Shown one piece after another: positions 10,502-21,090 of a DNA stretch of 23,634 nt. The first letter of the stretch is position 1. Each line of letters opens with the position of its first letter. Under the pieces are notes generated by a model that saw only the letters and a list, made by a program, of their open reading frames with translations, was not told where the DNA came from and did not search any database. Where the stretch lies: the NCBI GenBank assembly GCA_051294375.1, contig CM119264.1, positions 29,206,315 through 29,229,948 on the forward strand, given 5' to 3'. Origin of the DNA: Paraspadella gotoi (taxonomy: Eukaryota; Animalia; Chaetognatha). The translations under genes and the position numbers were made by a program.

Positions 10502-10650
10502 GCGGCCATTGGTGCCGGAGGCAAGTCATTCGCCTCCCAACCCAAAGGTCCGGGTTTCTAGCCCAGTGGACGCCTGGCAGTTAAGAGGGACGGGGCGCAT
10601 AACCCGCCTGTAACATGGTGTTACAGCCTGATCCGAAGCTCAGGGACTGC
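10502..10650 (+). mobile_element. tRNA-derived (Gly-like) SINE head plus structured 3' segment
   Basis: 72-nt tRNA-shaped unit 10502-10573: acceptor GCGGCCA/TGGACGC (6/7 pairs), anticodon-like loop CTCCCAA, T arm CCGGG-TTTCTAG-CCCAG, degenerate A/B boxes; anticodon stem is broken so not a functional tRNA. Confidence 0.55.
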
Positions 10651-10759
10651 TTACATTGAACGGTTCTGTCATTAACATATATCAATAATTACTGTCTCTT
10701 CAGTATTTTAAACAAAATTCTTATTTGTTGTTTTTCCCATATTTTTGATATTAGTAGGA

Positions 10760-11490
10760 ATTTAGAATATCGTCGTTTTAATAGTCTATTATTTAAATTC
10801 AAATCCAAATATGTGTGAAACTCAGAGATCGGCACGCCCTGCTTTCTATTTTGTCATGATTATCGTAGTCAGCGCCAAGTATTTATTTACCTCATTCTGC
10901 ATGATAAGAAGAGGTTTGAATTCTATTTATATTCTTTGACATCTTCCTCTTCGTTACATTATCATCTTTGAAATCATTTAAAAATATTCATTTACCTCAA
11001 TTTCAAAAAGTATGATCCTTAGAATTTCCTCTGTCTTCGAAGTGATCATCATCATCTTATTTATTTACATCAATCCAGCTCTGCCTGATTCTCTGAGGTC
11101 CGAACGCCCCCTGTAATATTTTTTCTTCATCATCATCATTGTCAAATATTTATTTTCCTCAATCCAATTCTGCCTGTTCCTCAGAGGTCTGAACGCCCTG
11201 TGTATTTCTCAACATCGTCTTCTTCTTCATCGTAATCATCAACAACAAGTATATATTTATCACAATCCAACTATACACTATACAGGGTTCTTTGAGTTCA
11301 GAATCCTTATGTATTCTTCGACATCATCTTCTTCATCATCATCATTGTCGTCAAGTAATTATTTACCTGAATCCAGAGGTCAGAACCCCCATGTATTCTT
11401 CGACATCGTCTTCTTCATCATCATCGTCATCGTCAAGTATTTATTTACCTCAATCCAACTCTGCCTGATCCTCAGAGGTTCGCTCCGCCC
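10760..11490. repeat. Old degenerate tandem repeat, ~80-110 bp unit, about 8 copies
   Basis: Anchor tatttatttacctcaatcca near 10787, 10879, 10985, 11058, 11147, 11250, 11356, 11437, with tctgcctgatcctcagaggtccgaacgccc and (CAT)n segments. Confidence 0.85.
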
Positions 11491-11707
11491 CTTTCTCATT
11501 TGAATTCTCTCCTCCTTTGAATAAAGTCTTACTTAAGATTCTCGTTCCTTCGCGATTATTTAAGTGAGAGGCGGTCAAAAAAGCTTTACTATGACTTATT
11601 TGTTATTCTTTTTAGTTATATTTTGTTGAGTTATGACTTGTGAAATCAAGTTAAATATACGTCACCGACAGAACTAATTCAAAACAAATGGCATATACGT
11701 TGCCAAC

Positions 11708-11740
<33 letters not shown>

Positions 11741-12480
11741 TTCTTATTGTATAGAAATATTTATTTCCACTTTATAAAAATATTTTTTTCAAAGATCAAC
11801 TGCACAAAATTTTTTTTTATTTATTTGTTTTGTTTTGTCCTTTTATTATACTAGCTTCCAATTGTTTTGTTCCTTTGTTTGTACTTTTTCCCCTGATGAT
11901 TACTTTTTGTTTTCTCTATTTTAAAGTTTTTCAATAATCTAATTTGAGATTTTTCTCTTTTAATCTTTGTCTTTGTCAAAATATTTTCATGCGACCTACA
12001 TATTATTATTTTTTCTCAAATATCCTATATATTGTCACTTGTCAGTTAATGAAATCATAAAATAATTATCTGCGCCGATGTCATTCTCTCAAAACATTTT
12101 TCTTTTCTTTTTATTTATCCCATTACTTTTATTTTATGACGAAATTAATCCCAATTTTATCAAAATATTTCCATTTTTGACTTAAACATTTTCCGACCAT
12201 AGTTCACTTATTTTTCAGATTTCATTGGTAACTTTTCCCGCCTTAAATTTTTCGACTAAATTTTCTTTCAAACTACGAATTTTCTTCCACATCATTTTTT
12301 TCAATTTTTTTACATCGAAATTCACGAGATAAACAACCGAATTTCGACCTTAAAAAAAAACCAGAACAAAATTAAACTTATTTTTTTCCCTGAGCCTTGA
12401 TTTTATTTTTCTCACTCCTACTTCAAAATTCCTTCGTTAACAAAGGAAATATTCACTCAATTATTTTTTTCTTTTTCGAC

Positions 12481-12493
12481 ATGAACCTTCCAG
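12481..12493 (+). CDS. Probable first coding exon of LITAF-domain gene (MNLP+G)
   Basis: gacATG AAC CTT CCA G|gtaatc; phase-1 donor joins in frame to the acceptor at 13106 (G|AG = Glu). Confidence 0.55.
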
Positions 12494-13106
12494 GTAATCT
12501 TAACGGTTTTCTCGTCTTCTTTATTAAATTTCTCATTTTTGTTCAATTTAAATCCGGATTTTGTTCAAATTAACTTTTTTTCTTTCTCTCTCTCTCTCTC
12601 TCTCTCTCTACTAAAAAAACGAAATTTGGTTGCGCGAGAGAAAATGGGTTGTCAAGATCAGAGATTTTTTGGATGAGAAGGAATGAGCCCCTGATTTTTT
12701 CCCCCTCGACTGAAGCGATTGTTCACGAGGCTCAGGGACCTCACTTATGGGTGATAGGGTTTGGAAAGCGATCAAGATTGTGTTTATTAGTTATTTTGAT
12801 ATTTTAAACCTAACAATTTAAAAATATAAGGAGAGGGTTTGTGAAAAAAGGGTCTCTTAATAAACGAGGTAGACTGTGAGAGTAGCTTCATTTAAAACTT
12901 GTAGCGGGCATTGCCCACTATGCCCACTATGCCACATAGCCCAATGCCCAGTTATACCCCGCCTGTAGACATAATTTTTTCAGTTGTTACCGAGTGGCTC
13001 ATTTAAAATATTATTTGGCTTATGCTTGTTTAAATTTATTAAAATAATTATTAATCAATACATTAATTTTTCCCCGTTAATCCCTTGTTCTTTTGTCATT
13101 CTGAAG

Positions 13107-13242
13107 AGGAACAGGTGGAGGCGCTGGGATTCAAACCCGCCGACCGAATTTGTCCTCAATGCGGAAACAAAATGACGACTGAAGTGAAATTCTTTAGCGG
13201 CGTCTTCGCTCTAATTGTCGGAGCATCCGTCTGCGCGGTCGG
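13107..13242 (+). CDS. LITAF-domain protein, exon with N-terminal CXXC knuckle
   Basis: Polypyrimidine tract + ag (13105-13106); translates EQVEALGFKPADRICPQCGNKMTTEVKFFSGVFALIVGASVCAV-G; donor GG|gtaagg. G-x-x-P-x4-CPxC...TTxV...G is the LITAF N-half. Acceptor could alternatively be 13108 or 13114. Confidence 0.92.
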
Positions 13243-13861
13243 GTAAGGAAGCTGCAGAGTAGGGTGAAGGAAGTAAGGAAGTAAGAAAGTGAAGCAACGA
13301 TGCTATACAAAGGGTAAGGCAGAAGCGGAGTAGGGTAAGGCGACACTCAATGAACTGTTACAGAAAGTCAAGAGCTTTAGGGGCTCGTTTATTAAAATTT
13401 ATTTTTTATTTTTGAAAAAAAATTAGGGAGTTAGGAAAACCGGAAGCTCACTTTGTATTGAAATGATTAAACTAATCTTAAATTATTAATTTAATAAACA
13501 AGCTATCGTGCCTAATGACTTACAAAATAATAACATAGCAGGACCCCGCTATTTTCTACCGGGAAACCATAATGGTCATTATTGATCGGGGAAGAGCTGT
13601 GAAAAGTAGGAGGTGAGTGAACGATTTGTGTGAATCCATGAATGAAACAGAGAGGGTTGGATCCGCGACCGGAAAGGTAATTAACTGAAAGGTAAGTGAC
13701 TTGGAAAAGAATATTAGATCTATAATCCTGTCAGTAAAAGTTTATGGTGATCTCATTTAAAAGAATAAAATGCGGGGGAAAGAACTTTTTTTAAAAAAAA
13801 CTTTTTATTTGAAACATCTAAAGTTAAAATTATTGTCTTTTAAGCGAATCAAGACGTTAAA

Positions 13862-13866
13862 CTCTC

Positions 13867-13955
<89 letters not shown>
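13862..13955. repeat. (CT)n microsatellite in LITAF-gene intron
   Basis: Direct reading. Confidence 0.95.
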
Positions 13956-13959
<4 letters not shown>

Positions 13960-14145
13960 AAAAAAAAAGGAAAAGGTTCGCCTGAATTTAATGATCGAAT
14001 TCAAGCATTTAAGCGAAGAGTTTCGTTGTTGTTATTGTTGTTGTTGTTTTGTTTCTATTTCGGTTTTTTGAAATCATCTAATCTCCATCTTCACCCCCCA
14101 ACCCTCTTCCACATCCCCTCTCCTCTTTTTTTTCACCCCTTCCAG

Positions 14146-14269
14146 AATCCTCGTCCCTTTCCTCTGGTTCGGCTGCTGTCTCATCCCATGTTTCGTGAAA
14201 CATTGCAAAGACGCCAAACACTCCTGCCCCATTTGCAAATGCATCGTTGGCTACAAGAATAGAATCTAA
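14146..14269 (+). CDS. LITAF-domain protein, terminal coding exon with HxCxxC knuckle
   Basis: Long pyrimidine tract + ttccag|; phase 2 matches upstream donor; translates ILVPFLWFGCCLIPCFVKHCKDAKHSCPICKCIVGYKNRI-stop, the GCCxIP...KDxxHxCPxC...G-Y signature. Confidence 0.94.
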
Positions 14270-14274
14270 AGGGA

Positions 14275-14301
14275 GAAAGAGAGAGAGAGAGAGAGAAAGA
14301 G

Positions 14302-14357
<56 letters not shown>

Positions 14358-14412
14358 AGAAGAGAGAGATAGAGAGAGAAAGAGAGAAAGAGAGAGAGAG
14401 AGAAAGAGAGAG

Positions 14413-14463
<51 letters not shown>

Positions 14464-14494
14464 AAAAGCGAGAGTGAGAGAGAGAGAAAGTGAG

Positions 14495-14532
<38 letters not shown>
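14275..14532. repeat. Interrupted (GA)n microsatellite just after the LITAF-gene stop codon
   Basis: Direct reading. Confidence 0.95.
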
Positions 14533-14535
<3 letters not shown>

Positions 14536-14869
14536 CGGATATCATTTCCAATTTGGCTTGAGTCAAAACCGCTTGATTGCGTTGATTATGATGGATGTTT
14601 TTCCATTTCCCATCCATTTTTTTTTCGCAGCCGCGTAATTTATTTTTTTAAAACCCCAATTCATAAAATTTGTATGTATTATAATGTAATTGTTTATTCG
14701 TTTTTATTCCGTAGTTTTTTTTTCAAATATAACGACAAATACAAAAGTTTACGTTTAATGTTGTTAGAGAAAAGCATCATAACAAATTCTATGATGAGTT
14801 GGAATATTTCTCCAGCATTTTTTATTTTTGTTTACTTTTCACTTAATCTAACATAACAATATGAGTAAG

Positions 14870-15115
14870 AAAAACATCAAGTTGAATGTTTTCCGCCGCA
14901 GTAGATGCATTTCTAAAAAACAAATTGACTGGGCAAGTCGGAATATACAAATTATGCACATTAATATGCAATTTAAATGTCCAAATATTAATTAAAATAA
15001 TGCGTTATTATTACCCTAAATATAAGCGTTAAAAAAGTTAGCGTGACAATCCGATGAACCGACAGACAGACTGACCGACCGAAAAAGTTTCTCAAACGAA
15101 GTTTCTTCGTCTTCA
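14870..15115 (-). mobile_element. Possible second HINE-like remnant
   Basis: Minus-strand (GTCK)n tract ending in TGTCAC (15042-15082) like 3600-3628, adjacent hairpin ACGAAG-TTT-CTTCGT (15096-15110). No clean subterminal repeats; boundaries approximate. Confidence 0.3.
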
Positions 15116-15136
15116 AGAACAAGGAATCTTTTTCAG

Positions 15137-15251
15137 TGTCTTCGGAGACTCGACGGGTAATGGGGTCCGACGACGACCCAAACCCTTTGTGCCTCGTTTC
15201 GCGGCTCTGATCCGTCGGGGCTGCGGGTGGACATTAACGGAAGGAGGAAAG
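15137..15251 (+). other. Candidate exon (coding or UTR)
   Basis: GC-richer segment bounded by tcttttttcag| and AAG|gtgagg; one open frame (VFGDSTGNGVRRRPKPFVPRFAALIRRGCGWTLTEGGK). Confidence 0.35.
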
Positions 15252-15564
15252 GTGAGGGCCAAACCGCGTGACGCTCAGGTGAAGAGTGTGAGTTCGATTT
15301 GCGGAAGTCTTTGGTTTCGAATCTGACTTTGGTGAAAAAAAAAAGAGGTGATCTTCTGACTTAAATTTTATAACTTTGTCTCTGCTTTATCATGATTTGT
15401 GTCCATTCCCTTATTTTTTGGGTACAGAAACAAAGGATTATGTCACTGAAGACTTTTTCTTAAAGTCATTGTATTATTGTGGCTATGAAATACTTTTTCT
15501 CTGCTCTTATTCATTCGCTTTTGATCACGCGTTCTCTGCTCTCTTTCTCTCCCTGCTCTCTGCT

Positions 15565-15601
<37 letters not shown>

Positions 15602-15759
15602 ATCTCTCTCATCTCTCGTCTCTTTTGTTACAGTCTTTTGCCTTTCCCTAGGTCGTCAAAAAAGGTTCAAATGAACTGGGTCTTTTCGTCTAAGGAGAGA
15701 TTCCGGGGTCCGTCTTGCTTTTGTCAGAGAGAAAAAGTCGAACCCCTTTTTTGCGATAT

Positions 15760-16345
15760 NNNNNNNNNNNNNNNNNNNNNNNNNNNNNNNNNNNNNNNNN
15801 NNNNNNNNNNNNNNNNNNNNNNNNNNNNNNNNNNNNNNNNNNNNNNNNNNNNNNNNNNNNNNNATGAAAGTCAAATTAAAGGGACGAAGATTTTGTGTGA
15901 AACTAAGATTGAAAAGTGAATCGTTGTCAAAAGTGTGTCTCTGTAAAGGTTGAAGGTAATCAAAGATCACGTGAGGCCAAACGAGGTTTTTTTGGGAGGT
16001 AGGCGGGTGGGNNNNNNNNNNNNNNNNNNNNNNNNNNNNNNNNNNNNNNNNNNNNNNNNNNNNNNNNNNNNNNNNNNNNNNNNNNNNNNNNNNNNNNNNN
16101 NNNNNNNNNNNNNNNNNNNNNNNNNNNNNNNNNNNNNNNNNNNNNNNNNNNNNNNNNNNNNNNNNNNNNNNNNNNNNNNNNNNNNNNNNNNNNNNNNNNN
16201 NNNNNNNNNNNNNNNNNNNNNNNNNNNNNNNNNNNNNNNNNNNNNNNNNNNNNNNNNNNNNNNNNNNNNNNNNNNNNNNNNNNNNNNNNNNNNNNNNNNN
16301 NNNNNNNNNNNNNNNNNNNNNNNNNNNNNNNNNNNNNNNNNNNNN
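15760..16345. other. Assembly gaps (N runs 15760-15863 and 16012-16345)
   Basis: N characters. Confidence 0.99.
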
Positions 16346-18394
16346 AAAATAAAAAAAAAACGAGAGGGAAATGATTTTTCCGACCAACTGACTTTAAGAG
16401 GTCACTTCTCTGGCTTAACCCCGATTTAAAAGATTTCAGGCAAAAATCAAACTGATTTTACGAAAATCCACATTAACGAGGATCAAAACGCGATATAATG
16501 AGAAGGAGGAGGAGGAGGAGGAAGAGGAAGAGGAGGACGACGACGACGATTTGTTTTCCCATCAACGAAGAAACAAAAAAATCGTTTCGCGATTTTGTTT
16601 TCTCTTCTTTTCATTCGAATTCCCCGATTAATCAGTCATCATCCTCTCTGCCTCTCTCTGTCTCTTATGGAAGGGAGAAAAATGATGATAAAAAAGCAAC
16701 ACCACACTCCACCTCTAAAATTTCTCAATTCTATCACACTACAAATCTTATATATTCCTTGCTCTTGGCTCATCCCAGAATTTTTTCGACTTCACAACGA
16801 TGTAGTAAAAACATGTGTTCAAAAATGGGTTATTTCTATTTCTTTTCTGGGGTCCTCAGAGAACCGTGCTTCTATTTTAGATCAAAAATCGTTTTGTCAA
16901 TCTCCTCTTTTTAAATCGAGAATTCTTATGTTAGAAGAAACGCTTTGGCTCGTCCTTGACCCTTTCTATTCGCCAGGATTCGAGCCCGTGGACCTTTCGA
17001 AGAGATTCCGCCTTTGCGCTTCGCAAAAAACCGGCCGGGGTCTTGATGGCTTTAGGATTCAAGTTTTTTTTTATTCCCTCTTTTCCTTTTTTTTTTTGTA
17101 TTCGGCGAATCTGGCATTGTGCTCGTCGTGTCACACGAACTCTCATTCCGATCTTCATCGACTTTGGGGATTTTCTCCTTTTGTAATATTTTTTTTTTTC
17201 CTTTTTTTCAATCTTTCATTCTGTTTTTCGATCTTACCTCATATCATCTCTATCATCCATTAACATGTTTTTTACCCTTTTTTTTGCTACTCTATGTTTA
17301 TTACAACGACCGAGCATTTCTGCCAGTTTTTTTCCCCCCAAAATTCGTTTCCTACCAACCAGTTACGTCCGGTGTTGCCCGCTAACCTTTGAACCTCAAA
17401 CCTCTGTCACTTTTTGGCCGCCCTTTACCACTCTTCCCGGCTGCCAGACGGTCGGTTCGGCCCATTTCAATCGTCTTAAGGGTTTGACTGTTAAGTGAAA
17501 CGTTAAGGCATAGTTTTTGGTAAAGTTCCGAAAAGAAGGTATAAGAAGGGAAAAAAGTAAACTAAGGAAAAAAAATTGGGGTGAAAATGAGTTCAAGAAA
17601 TGAGCGAGGAAAGGAGAAGAAAGAAAGAAAAATTGGCCGGCGAAAAAGCCCTGGGAGGATTTTCGCGACGGGAATCGTCACTTGAATGTCACTATTTTAT
17701 CGAGAACCAGAAAATTAAGCTTTCTTTTTCTCTATTCGTATCGTGAGCAATCCCCAACGTTTCTTTTCTACGTGATTTCGACTTCAATGGAATTAATAAA
17801 ATTATATTTTAAAATATTACTTATAATTAAAGGCTTTCAAGCTTTTAAGGTATTGGGTGAGAAATATCGATATTTGGGTGGAGATATATCTATAAAAATA
17901 TGTCGTTCCAAAAAATCGCATTTCTCGATCAAATGAAAAACAAACCCTAATTGGTTTATACCTTCGATAGTGCCCACACCCCTGGTTTGAATCCCATCAA
18001 TCCCACGAACGAAGGTCCAACGTCCAAATCCACATATCTCGATCTTTTTTTTCTTTTTTCGGGTTTTCTATTGGAGTTACGACGGTCAGAAAAAAAGGTC
18101 GCCGGAATCAATAGAACCCAGATGCGAGGTTTCTTCATTGGTAAAACTACGAGAGAGTACAAAATCGTTGTTATCGATAATTTTAACACAATTTTTAAAA
18201 ATGTTCAAGATGAAGAAAAGAGTTGCAAATAGGAAAAATGTAAATATACATGTAAATCGCAAGGGAATTAAACTGAACTGTTACTACATGGTACACAACA
18301 AATAAATTGTTTTTAAACTATTTTTTAATTTTTTCAACTTTTATTTTTTTAAACTTGCAACCATCTTTCAACTTGCACCAATTTTTTTTTATAG

Positions 18395-18547
18395 TTATTT
18401 CAACCGATAACGTAAGCTTTTTGATCCCTCCATCCAGCAATTTAAAAGACACCAATCCTCCTTACATTCTTGAACCAGAACTAGAGTTGCAAGACCTTCG
18501 AGCTCCTCTCAACTGCTTCCAGTCGAACCTGGACGAGTGTTTCCTGC
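18395..18547 (+). CDS. Candidate internal exon, unknown protein
   Basis: ttttttttttatag| acceptor, C|gtaagc donor, 153 nt phase 1-1, open (ISTDNVSFLIPPSSNLKDTNPPYILEPELELQDLRAPLNCFQSNLDECFL). Confidence 0.35.
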
Positions 18548-19049
18548 GTAAGCCGCCGGCCTGCGTCAAGGTCATGGGCAGAGTCAGTCGTCAAGGTCAC
18601 CTGCTCAAAAGTGGTCGGCCGACCATTTCGCCTCCACTGGGGAATCGGAAGACTTTTGCTCATCGCACCAAGAGGTTAAAATATTAAGTTATCTCGATAT
18701 CTCGATAAGTAAATCGTTATTTTCGACACTTGAAGACATATTCTTGTGAAAATAAAGACAATCTCCCTCGCTTTTTTCAAATATTTATCTTTTTCCTGAT
18801 ATTCAGGTACTATTTTTTTATTCTTTTTTTTATTATTAACAATAATTTAACAATATACACTTTTAAGGAAAAAATAAAGCTAGAAAAAAGATGGTATTCA
18901 AAAAATAAACAATAAAAAACAATAAGATTAAATTTGAGTGGAAATCATTAGCAAGGTAAAAGAAGAAGACGAAGATTGTTAAAAAAAGAAATAAAAAGGA
19001 TCGTAATGAATGAAAGAAGCGAAAGAAAGGAAGAGAAAGAAGAACCACA

Positions 19050-19105
19050 AAGAAAGAAAGAAAGAAAGAAAGAAAGAAAAGAAAGAAAGAAAGAAAGAAA
19101 GAAAA
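19050..19105. repeat. (AAAG)n microsatellite
   Basis: Direct reading. Confidence 0.92.
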
Positions 19106-19176
19106 AATAAAGAAAGAAAAAAGAAGAGACAGACAAGACAGACGCCTCGCAAAGAATCGTTGTTTTTCGCATTTAG

Positions 19177-19271
19177 GCTCCTTTTTCTCAGCAACAACCA
19201 GTAGTTCTCTGCAAGAAAATCCTGTCGGGTCTGTCGATGTGGAAAACATTTCCAAGTTCCAATCAAACGAG
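19177..19271 (+). CDS. Candidate internal exon, unknown protein
   Basis: tttttcgcatttag| acceptor, GAG|gtaggt donor; phase 1-0 frame SFFSATTSSSLQENPVGSVDVENISKFQSNE is compatible with neighbours. A minus-strand reading is also open. Confidence 0.3.
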
Positions 19272-20079
19272 GTAGGTTTTCAGCGGGAGTCGCTTCCTTT
19301 TCGAGGTTCACGGTTCGCCCTGCAGGGGTGAGGTCGGAGTAGGAAGGAAGGGAAGTTTGGGGTAGGTCGGAGTTGGAATAGGAGGTGGGGATGGGTGGGG
19401 TTGTGGTCGAGTGGGAAGGAGCGGCAGTTATGAAGAATAGAGAACGAAGGGACATGGGGTTTAATGTAAGAACGAAGATGAGGGAATGTGGAGAAAAAAA
19501 AAAGGTGGCTTTGTTTTGAGCGAGTAGTAAGGGGCGTTGTGTTCGAGCTCGAAGAGAGACGTAACAGGAGAAGATGATTAAGAGAACGTTGCGTCGGACC
19601 GAGAAGGAAATCTTGAGGGTCAAGGGATGGAACAGAGGGAAAATATTTTTTTTTTTAATTAGCCATAAATCGCAGGGGAGGGAGAAGATACCGACAAAAA
19701 GAAAGGTAGGTTAAAAAACGCGAAGTCGGCGAAATTGGGTGAGTTAAATGGTAAAGAATCGGTGTCGATTGACTGACGAACAGCGGAACTGGGATCCGCC
19801 ACTCGTCGGTTAACGGAAGAATCAACTCCACCAAAAAAAAAAAACCTTCTTATCGTTTTCGATGGTGAAAAAGAAAATAATTGGGCAAGGTGGTGGCGCG
19901 TGGTGGAGATGGTCCGGGGTGGCGATGTGTCGGGGTAGAGACAATATTAGCGGTGGCGATGATATGTTGGGGTGAGATGATGGTCGGATTAGTGACAAGG
20001 GTGTGACAATGTCGATTGATGACCATTTGACCAGGTCGAAAATGAGGACCATGGTCGAGTGTTGATCATGGTGACTATT

Positions 20080-21090
20080 GATTAGAAATGATGGGGGATG
20101 ATGGGTGGAGCGATGAATGACTGGGGCGAGCAATTGACTATAATGAGAGTAGTAACGATGATGTTAGAAAATGAAATGGAGCGATGATGATGGGGCCAAT
20201 GGATGATGGGGCATGACAATAATGGAGTGGTGACGATGTTTAAGAAATGATGGGGGGATGACGATGGACGCGATGAATAATGGGGCGATAGACAATAATA
20301 GGAGTTGTGACGATGATTAGAAACTGATGAGGGGATGATGATGAAAGCGATGAGATGGGACGATGACAATAGAGAGTGGTAACGATGATTGAGAAATGAT
20401 GGGGGGATGACGATGGAAGCGATGAATGATGGGGCGATGACAAATAATGAGAGTTTGTGATTGATGATTAGAAATGATGGGGTGATGATGGTGGACGCGA
20501 TGATGATGGGGCGATGACAATAATGAGAGTGTGATGATGATTAGAAATGATGGGGGGATGCGATGGACGCGATGATGTCGGGCGAAGACAATAATGAGAG
20601 TGGGTGACGATGATTAGAAACTGATGGGGCGGGAATCACGATGGAGCGATGACTGATGGGAGCCGATGAACAATAATGAGAGTGGTGACGATGGATTAGA
20701 AATGCTAGGGTGATGATGATGAAAGCAATGATATGGGGCGATGACAATAATGAAGAGTGGTGACGCATAATTATACCAGCATTTCAAATGAAGGGGTGAT
20801 GAACTATAGAGCGATGATGATGGGCGACTGACAATAATGGAGAGTGGTGACGATGATTAGAACTGATGGGGATGACGAATGGAGCGCATGAATCGATGGG
20901 GCGAGACAATAATGAAGAGTTGGTGACGATAATTATTAAAATGAAAGGGGTGGATGAATGATTGAAGCGAATGATGATGGGCGATGACAATAATGAGAGT
21001 GGTGAACGATGATTAGAAATGAGGAGCGATGGATGATAAAAGCGATGATGGATGGGGAGCGATGAAAAACGAATAATGGAGAAGTGGTGA
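20080..21090. repeat. ~74-bp tandem repeat, about 13 degenerate copies
   Basis: Consensus approx. attagaaatgatggggggatgacgatggacgcgatgatgatggggcgatgacaataatgagagtggtgacgatg; starts near 20081, 20163, 20238, 20316, 20388, 20467, 20540, 20613, 20695, 20769, 20856, 20935, 21013. Confidence 0.92.

Noticed and set aside
13114-13140. Reverse-complement tRNA-Ala/tmRNA-like 3' end (TGGAGGCGCTGGGATTCAAACCCG)
   Set aside because: Fully explained as codons VEALGFKP of the LITAF-domain exon; no remaining tRNA structure.
15479-16429. Long ORFs spanning N runs (also 22882-23339)
   Set aside because: Open only because N codons are not stops.
16971-17005. Minus-strand tRNA T-arm-like CGAAAGGTCCACGGGCTCGAATCCTGGCG
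   Set aside because: B-box imperfect, no acceptor or D arm; too weak to call.
18475-18600. Minus-strand exon reading MTLTQAGGLRRKHSSRFDWKQLRGARR with AT|gtaagg donor
   Set aside because: Weak acceptor; the overlapping plus-strand exon has better splice signals and phase fit. Not excluded without stranded RNA data.
19145-19320. Minus-strand exon reading GRTVNLEKEATPAENLPRLIGTWK...ENYWLLLRKRSL
   Set aside because: Good acceptor but no convincing donor or recognisable family; left as the alternative to the plus-strand call.
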